A stretch of 62,177 nucleotides of DNA, the filler included, from Globobulimina sp. (taxonomy: Eukaryota), in NCBI GenBank assembly GCA_003354225.1. It is 33 parts of 33 records of this genome, joined end to end, with 100 filler letters (N's around TTAATTAATTAA, not from the genome) between each part and the next. Parts side by side here need not be neighbours in the genome. Positions count along the whole stretch, not along the records: positions 47,190 to 48,975 come from PIVH01011957.1; positions 49,076 to 50,861 come from PIVH01011958.1; positions 50,962 to 52,747 come from PIVH01011959.1; positions 52,848 to 54,633 come from PIVH01011960.1; positions 54,734 to 56,519 come from PIVH01011961.1; positions 56,620 to 58,405 come from PIVH01011962.1; positions 58,506 to 60,291 come from PIVH01011963.1; 26 more parts are not named here. One strand, 5' to 3'. Of this stretch, positions 48,970 through 60,391 are shown piece by piece (within the stretch, counting starts at the first letter, position 1; every line of letters starts with the position of its first letter). The notes beneath the pieces are model-generated. The model ran no database searches. It had not been told where the DNA came from and saw only the letters and a program-made list of their open reading frames with translations. The translations under genes were made by a program, and so were the position numbers.

Positions 48970-49126
48970 TCATTTNNNNNNNNNNNNNNNNNNNNNNNNN
49001 NNNNNNNNNNNNNNNNNNNTTAATTAATTAANNNNNNNNNNNNNNNNNNNNNNNNNNNNNNNNNNNNNNNNNNNNATTAAATTAACTGGCTATCTACCAT
49101 TCGTGCGATATATTGTTATAAAAAAA

Positions 49127-50861
49127 ATGAAAAATAAAGGTTCCAAAGGAAACCAAACCACGATCTCTCTTTTTTTCTTATCTGCTTTTATTGGATATGC
49201 TTATGGGTTGTCTGATATTTATTGTTTCAATGAGTCTCAATGTACAGAAGACATTGGAAGTGACAGTGATGATCATGTCTATGGATATGGTTATAAGAGT
49301 TTATTCCAATCACCATCAGCTACCACATATGATCGTTGGTGTAATGGTGCATTATCATGCAAAGAAACACCATATATTTATACAAATTACCTTTATTGTT
49401 ATGGAACATCTTCATGCTCAAATAGTGGATATATGCGACCCATTTACGCAGACCGTATCTATGGACCAGGAGCACACTCATTAATGAATACAAATATATC
49501 AATAAACGGGTCAATGTATTGTTATGCTGATAAATCATGCGCACATTCAACAATTTCATCAATTAATCGTTTATCTGCACTTGGAGCATTATCATTATTT
49601 GCCGCAACAATAAATATTATATCTGGTACTTTTAATGCATCTTTTTATGGATATTATGCAGGTTATAAAGCCACTATTAATTGTAAAGCAGGGAGTGTTT
49701 GTAAGATATATTGTGGTCATAATGGATGCGGTGGACTGTCATTGATATGCGATGACAATGCAGAATGTAATATTATTAATGAGGGGAAACGTTCATTGTC
49801 ACCTAACACAAATCTAGAATTGGTATGTTAATTTGTTAGAAATTAAAACGAGAATAAATATATGTTTTAAATTGAAACAGGATGCAAAAGAAATTTTATT
49901 TTGTGATTCAACACAAATAACAACAACGAACGAAGACCAATGTTCAAAACAAATGACTGATAAAACATTTGATAATTCTGCGGAACGTTATGGAAAATAT
50001 CTTAATTACACAACAAATGTTGGTCCAATATGTTGCAGAGCAGCCTATGCATGTTCTGGTTCTTTAATATCATATGACAGCAATGGAGCGTCGGTTGTAT
50101 GCAGTGGATATCGGTCATGTCGGTATACACATATAATATCGAATAGTAATGATTTAATGGTTGAATGTTCTGCTTATAATGCATGTTTAGAAGGATCTAT
50201 TGCTGGAAATGGAGGAGCTGTATATTGTTATGGGTCCAGGTCATGTAGATTCACAACAATAACAAAAATCGGATGTATTTATTGTACAGGTTCTGAGTCA
50301 TGCTATAATGCAAATATTACAAGCTCAGGAATAGATATTACTGTATATTTAAATGGTCATTATTCTGGTTCGTATGCATCAATAACTTGCAATCAAAATG
50401 ACCATTGTACCATATTATGCGATGCATATAATGCTTGTGCAACAAATATGTCTTTGTATTGTTATGGAACATGTTATGTTGAATGCAATCAAGATACAGG
50501 ATGTCCAAATGGATGGACTGCAAATCCGACACCAAAACCAAAGGAAATTACCTGTTTTGGTGCAATTTCTTCAAAGCAAAATAATACAAAAACGGTGACA
50601 ATCATTGCGGTCGCAGTGTGTGCATTTCTCGGCGTCTTTTTTGCTGTGATTTGTGTAATGATTTACATGAATAAAAGAAGAAATGCCGCAGCTGAGGAAG
50701 GAGCGGAGGGAAAGCAAAGTGTGGAAATGAATAAAAAGAAAGGGCCATATAAAATAATTAGCAGTAAAGCAGCAAACTGTAATACATTGGATGAAGAAAC
50801 GGAAAATTTAAATGAAGAAGAGATTGGAACGGATAATGTTATTTTAACAAAAAAAAATGAC
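49127..50861 (+). CDS. Cys-rich repeat type I membrane protein (CxGxxSC repeats), one intron near 49823-49880, 3'-partial
   Basis: Signal peptide, about 15 Cx(G/A)xx(S/A)C units, a PTP stalk and TM IIAVAVCAFLGVFFAVICV. Confidence 0.8.
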
Positions 50862-51292
50862 NNNNNNNNNNNNNNNNNNNNNNNNNNNNNNNNNNNNNNN
50901 NNNNNTTAATTAATTAANNNNNNNNNNNNNNNNNNNNNNNNNNNNNNNNNNNNNNNNNNNNTAAAGAAAGTTATTGTTAACTATTATGACCATATTTATG
51001 TTGATAAACCTTCTTCAAAATAGCTATGCTACAATAAAAAAGCAAACACTTATTTTTTTCTACATTTGCACGTGCACAGTACACACATATGCTAAACAAC
51101 TGATGAATTATTGGTCACCCTTGCCATTACCGTGCTTGTTGTCGTGTTTCCAGTATTTCCGCAATGACCACACCCACCGTCTGTTTGTGACATTTGCTCC
51201 AAACAAGTTAACAACAGTTGATCGAAAAAACGTTGACTAACTAAAAAAAAAATAACTATGAAAATGTTTAATGTCAATTAAATTAAATTAAA

Positions 51293-52741
51293 TCAATGTT
51301 TACCTATAGATTTCGTTGCATTACCATAAATATATAACATAGCAAATATTGGTAAAATTTCTAGAAACAAGAAATAAATTGCATGAATATATACTTTATT
51401 CTCATACCAACTCGTAACCGGTGGTATGAGCAAAAAAATCGCTCGCAGCAAAAAAGCAATTCCACAAAATAGCGCAGTAATCCATGTCCTTTTCATTGAT
51501 GCTATAAATTGGGCATAAAACATTTGTGCATCGGTGGGCATTTTTACTTTTGTTATCTTACTATAATCGGTAAAGGTACACTCCATATTATCACTTCTAT
51601 CATAATGGCAACACTTACAACAATACCTTTTCTTCCTTGTCTCCCATTGGTATATATCACAATAATCAGAATATAATAAACTGCCATCAGTGTCAACATT
51701 TTCATCCAATTCTGCGTTTTCATAAATTAAATCTGTATGATCCTCAGATATTAGCGGTGAATTTAAGGAATTGCCAGCTCCCACTGATTCTTTATTTGTT
51801 GTTTTTTTATGATTGATTATAACCATTATTCTTGTATAGATTCTATAGATTGGAAATGCAAAGCGAGCATAACAAATTGCCAAAATAATACACATTACGC
51901 CATATAATATGGCCATATATGTCTCGAGTGAGGAATGTGACGCTGTATCGTCACCAAATTGGATCCAGAACAATAATACAAATATACCTACAAAACAAAC
52001 AATGTTTAGAGATATTAATCCATACAAGAATGCATAAATTGACTGTTCCACATATTTTAATGAACTCGATTCATAATTAAAGCGATAATAAATCTTTGCG
52101 AGTTGATAGGCCAAACACGAAAATGCCATTGGAAATAATAAGGCGCCCAATGACTCGCAATATATATACCAGACACTGTTCGAACCAGCTATTGAATCAA
52201 CGACACGCATCGAACAATTGGTGTGTTTTGAGGATGTTATTTTTTTGATGAACGCAATGGATAAACATTCGATACTTCGGAATAATGATTGAAAAAATAT
52301 TACGATTAAAAACGCTTTTTGTGATGCTCTGGAACCGAATATATTCACTTTATTCTCTTTCTTTGGGTCATGATCAGTTTTTGCATACTTTTTGCTTGAA
52401 TAACTACCGTAATTTGTCGAAATGTTTGAGCTATTTTTACTTTCCGTTCGCGTATCATTATTGTCATTGGAATTGCCACCCATTTGTTTATTGACTGGGA
52501 AAGTAAAGTTGTAGCTCCTATTAAAATCAGAATCTTTACTAATATTTTGTTTTGATTTATTACTATTATTATTGTTCTGATTTAATAATTTTTGAGTTTG
52601 AAATTTTGATAATTTAACAATGATTCGCAGAAATTCAGTTAACGACCAAACAGACACGATCACGTAGAATGAACCACCAATAAACCATTGGAAGAGCCAT
52701 TGGGGACAATTATCCCAAAAGTAGTCCACTGAAGACGACAT
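51293..52741 (-). CDS. THH1/TOM1 (GPR137-like) 7-TM protein
   Basis: LFRS, LLFP.AFS.L, CGIAFLLRA and YFLFLEILP helices, typical of the TOM1/DUF1084 group. Confidence 0.65.
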   Translation of the reverse strand: MSSSVDYFWDNCPQWLFQWFIGGSFYVIVSVWSLTEFLRIIVKLSKFQTQKLLNQNNNNSNKSKQNISKDSDFNRSYNFTFPVNKQMGGNSNDNNDTRTESKNSSNISTNYGSYSSKKYAKTDHDPKKENKVNIFGSRASQKAFLIVIFFQSLFRSIECLSIAFIKKITSSKHTNCSMRVVDSIAGSNSVWYIYCESLGALLFPMAFSCLAYQLAKIYYRFNYESSSLKYVEQSIYAFLYGLISLNIVCFVGIFVLLFWIQFGDDTASHSSLETYMAILYGVMCIILAICYARFAFPIYRIYTRIMVIINHKKTTNKESVGAGNSLNSPLISEDHTDLIYENAELDENVDTDGSLLYSDYCDIYQWETRKKRYCCKCCHYDRSDNMECTFTDYSKITKVKMPTDAQMFYAQFIASMKRTWITALFCGIAFLLRAIFLLIPPVTSWYENKVYIHAIYFLFLEILPIFAMLYIYGNATKSIGKH

Positions 52742-53185
52742 TGTAAANNNNNNNNNNNNNNNNNNNNNNNNNNNNNNNNNNNNNNNNNNNNTTAATTAAT
52801 TAANNNNNNNNNNNNNNNNNNNNNNNNNNNNNNNNNNNNNNNNNNNNTATTTGCGAACATTATTTGATAAATAAAGAGGATGATAGTATACAAAGATATT
52901 ATCCGACATTAATGTCTATCGCAACACGAATTGAACTGGCGTCAATGTATAAAATTGGTTTAGCGATTTGGGAGCTTGGACAAGGAATGGAATACTTTAC
53001 GGATCTGCTATGATTTTAATTATGCAGAAAATATTTTTATCCTTGCACACACAATGATTTTTGAGATGCGCTCCATTGAAACCGTCTTAACTTTAATGTT
53101 TAGGCCATAATTTTAACATAATATATCCAAATAATCCAACTGCTCTGGACCTACTTAAGAGTTTTCAAAAAACCTTTTTTTTTTA

Positions 53186-54165
53186 ATGTCCAAGCCAATT
53201 TATCGTTTTTTGCGCGTTTTAGATGGTGGCACTGGAGAGTTATTGTTCAAAAAAGGATTACCAGATGATAGAATAACATGGTCTGCAAAAGCAATTTTAG
53301 AAAATAAATATCATTCCATGGTAACTCAATCTCATTTAGATTTTTTAAATGCTGGATCTAGAATAATAACAACAAATAATTATGCAATAACTCCTCAATG
53401 TTTCAATAAACATGAAAGCATTACACAACTCACAAAAACAGCGGTTGAGTTAGCAATGGGTGCACGCGCATTATTTTACAGACAAAATCCAAATAATAAT
53501 GCTTCGATATTAATTGCAGGCTCAATACCGCCATTAAGTGAAAGTTATAGACCTGATTTATTATTATCTGATAAACAATGCAGTTATTGGTACAATATAA
53601 TTATAAACACATTAAATGAGAATAATGTGGATATATTTTTATGTGAAACAATGAGTAGCTTTGAAGAATGTAAGTTTGCAATGGATATAATTAAACAAAT
53701 ACAATTCAACAAAAAGAAATGTTGGATATCATTTACATTGAATGACAAAGGGTTATTACGGAGTAATGAGAGCTTAAATGATGTAATTAAAGAATTAAAA
53801 CCATATTTTGTTGCTAATAATATAGAAATAATTAGTATGAATTGTAGTACTCCAGAATCCATCGATAATGCATTGCAAAGCATTAATGATCAAAGTATTA
53901 AACTATTAAAAGAGTTTGGAGTTAGTATTGGTTGTTATGCAAATGCGTATGAATATATACCGAGTAATTGGTCAATGGAAACTCATCAACACACAAAAAC
54001 AAGACAAATAATGACACCGCAATATTATTATCATGTCTTTGTTACAAAATGGTTACAAAAATACCAATTTATTGGAATGATTGGTGGGTGTTGTTGTATG
54101 TTGCCATCACATATAAAATATCTTGTTGATAACATTGAAAAGGACTTTCCTTCGATCAAACTCGC
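53186..54165 (+). CDS. Homocysteine S-methyltransferase
   Basis: VLDGGTG, FLNAGSRIITTNNY, AGSIPPL.ESYRP, CETM, MNC, GCYAN and IGGCC zinc ligands. The extreme C-terminus is replaced at a junction near 54165-54185. Confidence 0.9.
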
Positions 54166-54183
54166 TGCCAATGCATGGCCAGC

Positions 54184-54633
54184 ATTTGCAAGATCTTCAT
54201 TTGTAGAACCTCCAGGTGCCCAAATGTAAGTAAGAGGTGGATTTCCATTTGCAACTGTTATATCAATAGCTCCATCAGGTTGTCCACAACTGGCATCGGT
54301 AATGATTGCTGTAATTGTCATAGCTGGAGGATCTATAAGTGTTATACTATCGATTACAAAACAACCATTATTATCCATAACTGTAATAGTATAAGTTCCT
54401 GCACATAATCCTGTCACTGTTGGTGTAATAGTCAATAACGGATCATCCCATTGATAAGAGTATGGTAGTGAACCACCAACTGGATTTACTGTTGCCTGTC
54501 CATCACAATTGCCAAAACATATTACATCTTGAGAACTAATTGTAAAACTTAAGCTATTAGGAGCAGAAATTGTCACATTTGTTGATACCACACAGTTATT
54601 TGAATCAGTAACTGAAACATTATATATTCCTGC
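54184..54633 (-). CDS. Bacteroidota SprB-repeat adhesin fragment
   Basis: DV.CFG.CDG.A.V...GG..PYSYQW...TGLCAGTYTITV.D.NGC repeats, intronless. Confidence 0.88.
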
Positions 54634-54733
54634 NNNNNNNNNNNNNNNNNNNNNNNNNNNNNNNNNNNNNNNNNNNNTTAATTAATTAANNNNNNNNNNN
54701 NNNNNNNNNNNNNNNNNNNNNNNNNNNNNNNNN

Positions 54734-55664
54734 GAGAATGAGTCTGATATCGCTGATATCGGGGTAAGTATGTGATATTTTCACTGATATCGGGTGAGCC
54801 GAAGGCGAATCCCGATATCAGTGAAAATATTACATACGAACCCCGATAGCAGTGATATCAGACGAATTCGAGACAGATATCATATTTATCGGTACATTCC
54901 AACTGCTCAAACATTAATGATACAATAATAACAATATATTTTTTAAATTATGAATATTTCAAATAAACTTGGAGTTACCAATGAATTGTGTTCATTTTCT
55001 CTCCGCGGTAGTTTCAAAATCAGTGCCATCACTCCAAGAATATGTATATGTACGTGTTTGCATCTGTGTAGTGTCGACCACTAGTTCCTTCACGTTTTAA
55101 TCCTATCCAATATTAATAATTATATTATGCGGATATGTATCTGTTTCATTTATTGCAGCTTTAATTGCATTGTATTGTATTAGACTGTGGATCGAAATTA
55201 ATTCTAGTGAAGGTTGTTGATCCAGACACCAAGATCTTGCCTCAAATCAGGTTGAGTATGCAGTGCCTATAGTGAACTGTTGTTAGTATGTTTTCCAAAA
55301 CCTGGCGGACAGTCACATTTAGCAGTTGGAATGTCCAGCTCAATAATTAGTTGGAATGTCAAGCAAAGAAAGGATATAAAGCTGGCTCTGTGGTCAAGAC
55401 ATATGGTAACATTACCAATGATATAATTTCTGTTTTACATTCATTACAGAATGAACCGCAAAGGCGCAAACATTTCGAACATTGAGAGATGCATTTATTG
55501 GGTATCTGGATATAAATGGGGTTTTCGTGGACAATTTTATTTGACTTTAAACTTTCTTGGTCACAGTCCCTGATATCACATTATGACAGACCGATATCAG
55601 TGATATCACATGCGATGATGTCATGATACCAGTCATTATGATGATATATGGACCGATAACATAT
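54734..55664. mobile_element. Non-coding palindromic element (putative non-autonomous transposon)
   Basis: 53-bp arms (54742-54794 / 54811-54863), a 14-bp inverted repeat (54894-54907 / 55321-55334), and GATATC-rich echoes of the hairpin at 55570-55664. Confidence 0.6.
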
Positions 55665-56428
55665 TACATCGGATTTGTTCGTTGTGCGGATTAAAGGCAT
55701 TGTTATTTGTGAAATCTATATTGGATCGAAAACGATTTATTGATGAGATATTTTTATCCAATGCGTACGATATAAAACCAATTGAATATGTTTTACGACA
55801 TTCGCATATCTCTTTGGTTAAACATTTATTTGTCATGAAACAAGTCAAAGAAAGGTTTGTGTCGAGTGATGATATGATTTGGAGATTGTGTTTCTTTTTA
55901 TTTGTTAGAAACACTAATAAATATATCACCGATTATGTATTATCTGTATTGCAAATAAAGCAGAAGAAAGTACAGGAAATGATGGGTTATAGATATAAAT
56001 CAGCCGCGGTTTTTACTCATTGGCAAAGGTATGAAATGAAAAAGTATTCGATCATGGGACAGATAGTGGCTTGGGCAGACAGTGGAGCATTGGATAGGTT
56101 GTTATATGTTATTGGCGAATCTTCGTTTTGTGAGACGGTGTTTGTGCGCGATGGGTCAGATTTTAATGTGATGGAAAGAGCGATTAAAATCAATAAAATG
56201 AAAGCGATTAAACGGATGTTGTCATTCAAACAAGTAACGGTCAGATATAGGGCTGATAATGATTTGTTATTTCGATTGATGTCGAGCATCAATAAATATT
56301 TTAAAATAGAAACAGCGCAGTATATTGTAAACGAATTGGGGTTAACTGAAACAAAATTGAATGAATTGAAATCATATAGAAATATTGATATATCTCCAGA
56401 ATTGCAATTAGTAAGTAACAATGAATGA
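55665..56428 (+). CDS. Divergent ankyrin-like repeat protein, 5'-truncated
   Basis: LHRIC, KPIEYVLRHSHISLVKHLF and NVMERAIKINKMKAIKRML helical repeats. No ATG start; in-frame stop at 55616 inside the element. Confidence 0.5.
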
Positions 56429-56958
56429 AATTAATTATTTTTGTTTTTGTTGAAGATAATACATTCGAATAATTTTTAATTTTCTTGATAGTCTAGCTCA
56501 CTTCGTGACAATCTTAAAANNNNNNNNNNNNNNNNNNNNNNNNNNNNNNNNNNNNNNNNNNNNTTAATTAATTAANNNNNNNNNNNNNNNNNNNNNNNNN
56601 NNNNNNNNNNNNNNNNNNNACCATTATTATTTAATTCAAATTATTTTGATAAAGATGAAGAAATACTTGCAATGTATCCTGGATGTGATGAGACCCGAAT
56701 AATAATTTGTAAAATTTAAATGAAGATTAAAACAAAGTTACATTAAAACTTAAAAGCACCCATTTTTGTTTTCGTTTGTTGTTGTTCTCAATTTTAAATA
56801 TTAAGAATACAATAATAGTTTTTAAGTTACAGAGATATGGTAAAGGTGTTTCTAAGTAAATACTTTAAGATTGAACACAGCTTAAATAAATCTTTCTGTT
56901 CGCTCCCCACAGAAGAAGTCTATGGATCTAAAACATGAAGAGGATGGGCATGCGCATT

Positions 56959-58406
56959 TTACATTTGTACAATGTAATTAATAACAAAAAGCAAAACAAA
57001 AAACAACGAAATGTAAAATAACGGAATGACATATTTAAATGCAGAAAAAACAGTGTAAACAGTTTCAACATCAACGTGCCTCAATAGCACATCAAGAATT
57101 TTACCCTCAGCTGTTGTCTTTCCACCAGTATGCACAATAGTAAATGCTCCATATTTTGTACACAATGCAGTACATCGAAGAGTATCATAATTTAACTCCT
57201 GCAATACCTCAGTTAGAAAGCTTCCATCCACGTGATCTTGGAATAAAGTAATTGTCACATCATTATGCTGCAAATATAACAAATTTCCAATCCGAAATGT
57301 AGTGACACAATTTGTCAAAACGTATTCAATACGTGTTAGATCCTCACAGATATGCTGAATTCTTTTGCTTTTTGGATCAGTCTTTAACAAAGTAACTAAT
57401 GTATACATGGACGAATTGAATGATTTCTCTGCTTCTTGAATAGTTAAAATCGTATTTTGGTTGAATGATAAACAATTTTCGGCATACACACTCCTTGTAA
57501 ATTCATCATAAAATGCATTGCATTGCATTGAAAACAATGTTCGAATCAAAACATCAAAAAAATCAAACATCATTGCAATTTGGTTATTATTTTGCTGAAT
57601 CTCCAAAATTGCTGCTTTTTTTTTCTCCAACAGTTCCATTTTTTTTTCTACAAATTTGGGATTAGAAATATGAAATACCTCAGATATGTCCCGGATTAAT
57701 TTAAAGAAACTTCTATGAGATTTAGTCAGTTTTCTGGGGTGGTATAATGATGTAAATTGTTTATAAACTTGTTTGAATGTAACTTTATGTAACTCAGATA
57801 ATAAAAAAAAAATACCACCGAGAAATTCTCCGGTTGTTACCTGGCTTTTATGCAATATGTGTATAAAATGCATTGCTGCTTGAAAGCCTTGGTCAGAGAT
57901 ACTGTGATATGATAGGACATTTGTTGCTGATTTGTTTGGAATGTAAGATACCAAAAATGAACTAGAATCATTTCGGTTTTGTGTCTGAATAATTAATTCC
58001 ATTTCAAATTGTAGAAAAAAGTGCTCTTGGCCAAAATCAGTATAACCTTCGATAATTGTCACGACTTTCTGCGGTTTGTTAATTGTTATTGGATCCAAGT
58101 GTTGCTCCGTCGAATTAATATCTACATCGAGCATATCGGCTGCATCAAATCTAATCATTTCAAATCGGGATTGTTGCTTTGGGTTTGAAACAATTCTATG
58201 TTTAATTAACCGAGGAATATAATAATTAATTGAACTTTCATTGTATCCAATACTTAGTAACAATTCATTTAGAAATTGTTGATATACATATATATTATAA
58301 TTAGTTATTTGAGATGTCGACACAGCAATTGTACCGTGCTTTGAATCAGTACTACTACGCCACTCATAAATATTGCTCGTAACATCTAACCTATGATCAA
58401 CAAAGN
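56959..58406 (-). CDS. Hypothetical protein, partial, likely spliced
   Basis: 454-codon open frame. No family recognised. Confidence 0.55.
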
Positions 58407-58505
58407 NNNNNNNNNNNNNNNNNNNNNNNNNNNNNNNNNNNNNNNNNNNTTAATTAATTAANNNNNNNNNNNNNNNNNNNNNNNNNNNNNNNNNNNNNNN
58501 NNNNN

Positions 58506-59903
58506 ACCGGTAATTGTACGGTGCAGGACACGGGAAACAAACGAAAAGTGCAGGTTGGTTTCAGTGAATGTGTCTGTGTGGAGAGCAAAATAAAAAAGTT
58601 TATCCCAGGCTCACAATCGCAGAAAATCACCAATTTGGGCGGTATGATCCATGGCGAAGATTTCAACGGTGCCCGTTTTAAAATCTATTCCACAGATTCC
58701 ACGTTTTTGAGATATATTTGTAAGCCGACTTCGGTTTCATTGATGTGCAAATTGGAGTTATTTCAGAAACATGAATTTGAAGCCATTGTGGATAATGTTA
58801 ACGTGGACAATAAATACTTATTAAACCGGCTGTTGTTCGCCGCCTATCATTTATTGAAAGACATCAATGACAGCAAAGTGCTACGTGCGGCGGACCCAAA
58901 TGACCCGAAATCGAAGGATTGGACGCGTGGCAAGGATCTATGGAGCTATTTCAATCAGTTTCTGTTGCCGTGGAGTGTGTGGAATGAGATCCGCGATGAT
59001 TACGTGCCTCCGGATGCGGCCCTGATGGCGTCCACAGATCAGCGCGACATCGAGAAGAGAATCATGATCGAAACTTCCAAGAGCAACTTTGAGAAATTGA
59101 AGCGCGTCGCGGGTCACTTACAGCAGACTTACAAACAGCTTCAGTTTGATGTTTGGGCGGCGGAGTTTGAAGGGAGAGACCATGGCATTTTCAAGTTGAA
59201 TGCCGGCAAGGATGGGCTGAGAAAGAATGAGTGGCTGTATCAGGCGGCGGGTACTAGTAACCGACAGGATGGGTTTAGTCCGGGTGCCATGCAAAGCGAA
59301 TGTGACTGCAAGCTATGGGACGAGATCGATGCGCAGATGGCGATTACCTACGACTTGAAGGTGAATACCATGTATTTGTGGGGCCGCTGCTTGATTTTAC
59401 AGGATCCGTTTCAAGTGTTTATGAAGGGTTTGTATGCGGGCAATACGGAGAAGTATGTTTATGTGAAAGGGCCGCAGAAAACGTATGAAAGGATGATGGA
59501 GAAAGCAGCGGAGTATCGAGTGGTGGACGGAAAGGCCTATCCGGCGTCGTTTTGCATTGCTGATATCAATCGGTGTTCGATAAAATGTGCGAATGTGCCG
59601 GACATCTTTGAGGCGTATAAGATTTTGGAGAGTTGTGATGAGTCGCAATGTTCGATTGTTCGCGTCAAGAATCGGTTTCATCCCAATTTCGATCATAATG
59701 ACTCCGGAGGATATAGGGATATGTTGGTCAATGTGTTGTATACCGATTTGAACACTGGATTTAGGATTGTTGGCGAAGTGCAATTTCATTATAACTCGTA
59801 TGAACATATCAAACATTTACAGCATAAATATTATAAAATTATTCGTGCCGAGAATTATATGACATTATGGAAGAATTTTGAAGCCAGAAAATGGGATAAA
59901 TAA
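58506..59903 (+). CDS. RelA/SpoT-like nucleotidyltransferase domain protein, 5'-partial
   Basis: KGPQKTYERMMEK, ADINRCSI, IVRVKNRF, SGGYRDMLVN and VGEVQF in the order and spacing of the RelA/SpoT synthetase motifs. Confidence 0.75.
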   Translation, partial: TGNCTVQDTGNKRKVQVGFSECVCVESKIKKFIPGSQSQKITNLGGMIHGEDFNGARFKIYSTDSTFLRYICKPTSVSLMCKLELFQKHEFEAIVDNVNVDNKYLLNRLLFAAYHLLKDINDSKVLRAADPNDPKSKDWTRGKDLWSYFNQFLLPWSVWNEIRDDYVPPDAALMASTDQRDIEKRIMIETSKSNFEKLKRVAGHLQQTYKQLQFDVWAAEFEGRDHGIFKLNAGKDGLRKNEWLYQAAGTSNRQDGFSPGAMQSECDCKLWDEIDAQMAITYDLKVNTMYLWGRCLILQDPFQVFMKGLYAGNTEKYVYVKGPQKTYERMMEKAAEYRVVDGKAYPASFCIADINRCSIKCANVPDIFEAYKILESCDESQCSIVRVKNRFHPNFDHNDSGGYRDMLVNVLYTDLNTGFRIVGEVQFHYNSYEHIKHLQHKYYKIIRAENYMTLWKNFEARKWDK

Positions 59904-60391
59904 GAAAATCAATATTAATTATAATTTTTTATATATTACAACTTTTTTTGTTTTGTTGGAGTTTGTTGTGTATTTTCTCTGTTTTGTTTTTGTAAAGTAT
60001 GTTGTGCATTTTCTCACGACAAAACACTCACAGTTTCCCAGACCATAAGCCATGTCTGAAAATAGAAATGCATTTCTTAGAAATGAAGGATCAAATTATA
60101 ACGGCATAATAATAAGCTATAAATTATATTGTATGTATTTGTGTTATATTCTATAGTTTCCTGGAATTTTGCATCATCTCTTTGCATGTTATTTGAAATT
60201 ATGGTATACACAAAAGGCCAGGAAATGAACGACTATTTATGGAAAGGTTCCTTTTCACAGACTACTATATTCTTGATTTTCAGACATGGTTNNNNNNNNN
60301 NNNNNNNNNNNNNNNNNNNNNNNNNNNNNNNNNNNTTAATTAATTAANNNNNNNNNNNNNNNNNNNNNNNNNNNNNNNNNNNNNNNNNNNN

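Noticed and set aside
48814-49031. Phe-rich ORFs
   Set aside because: They are translations of a poly(T) tract in the 3' region.
54031-54229. Genuine overlapping antisense genes (methyltransferase and SprB)
   Set aside because: The overlap is read-through across a probable chimeric junction.
1790-60391. Regular TTAATTAATTAA repeats with ~1.79-kb spacers resembling an array or nanochromosome ends
   Set aside because: They are N-padded artificial linkers with six-frame stops. The equal spacing reflects length sorting of contigs.
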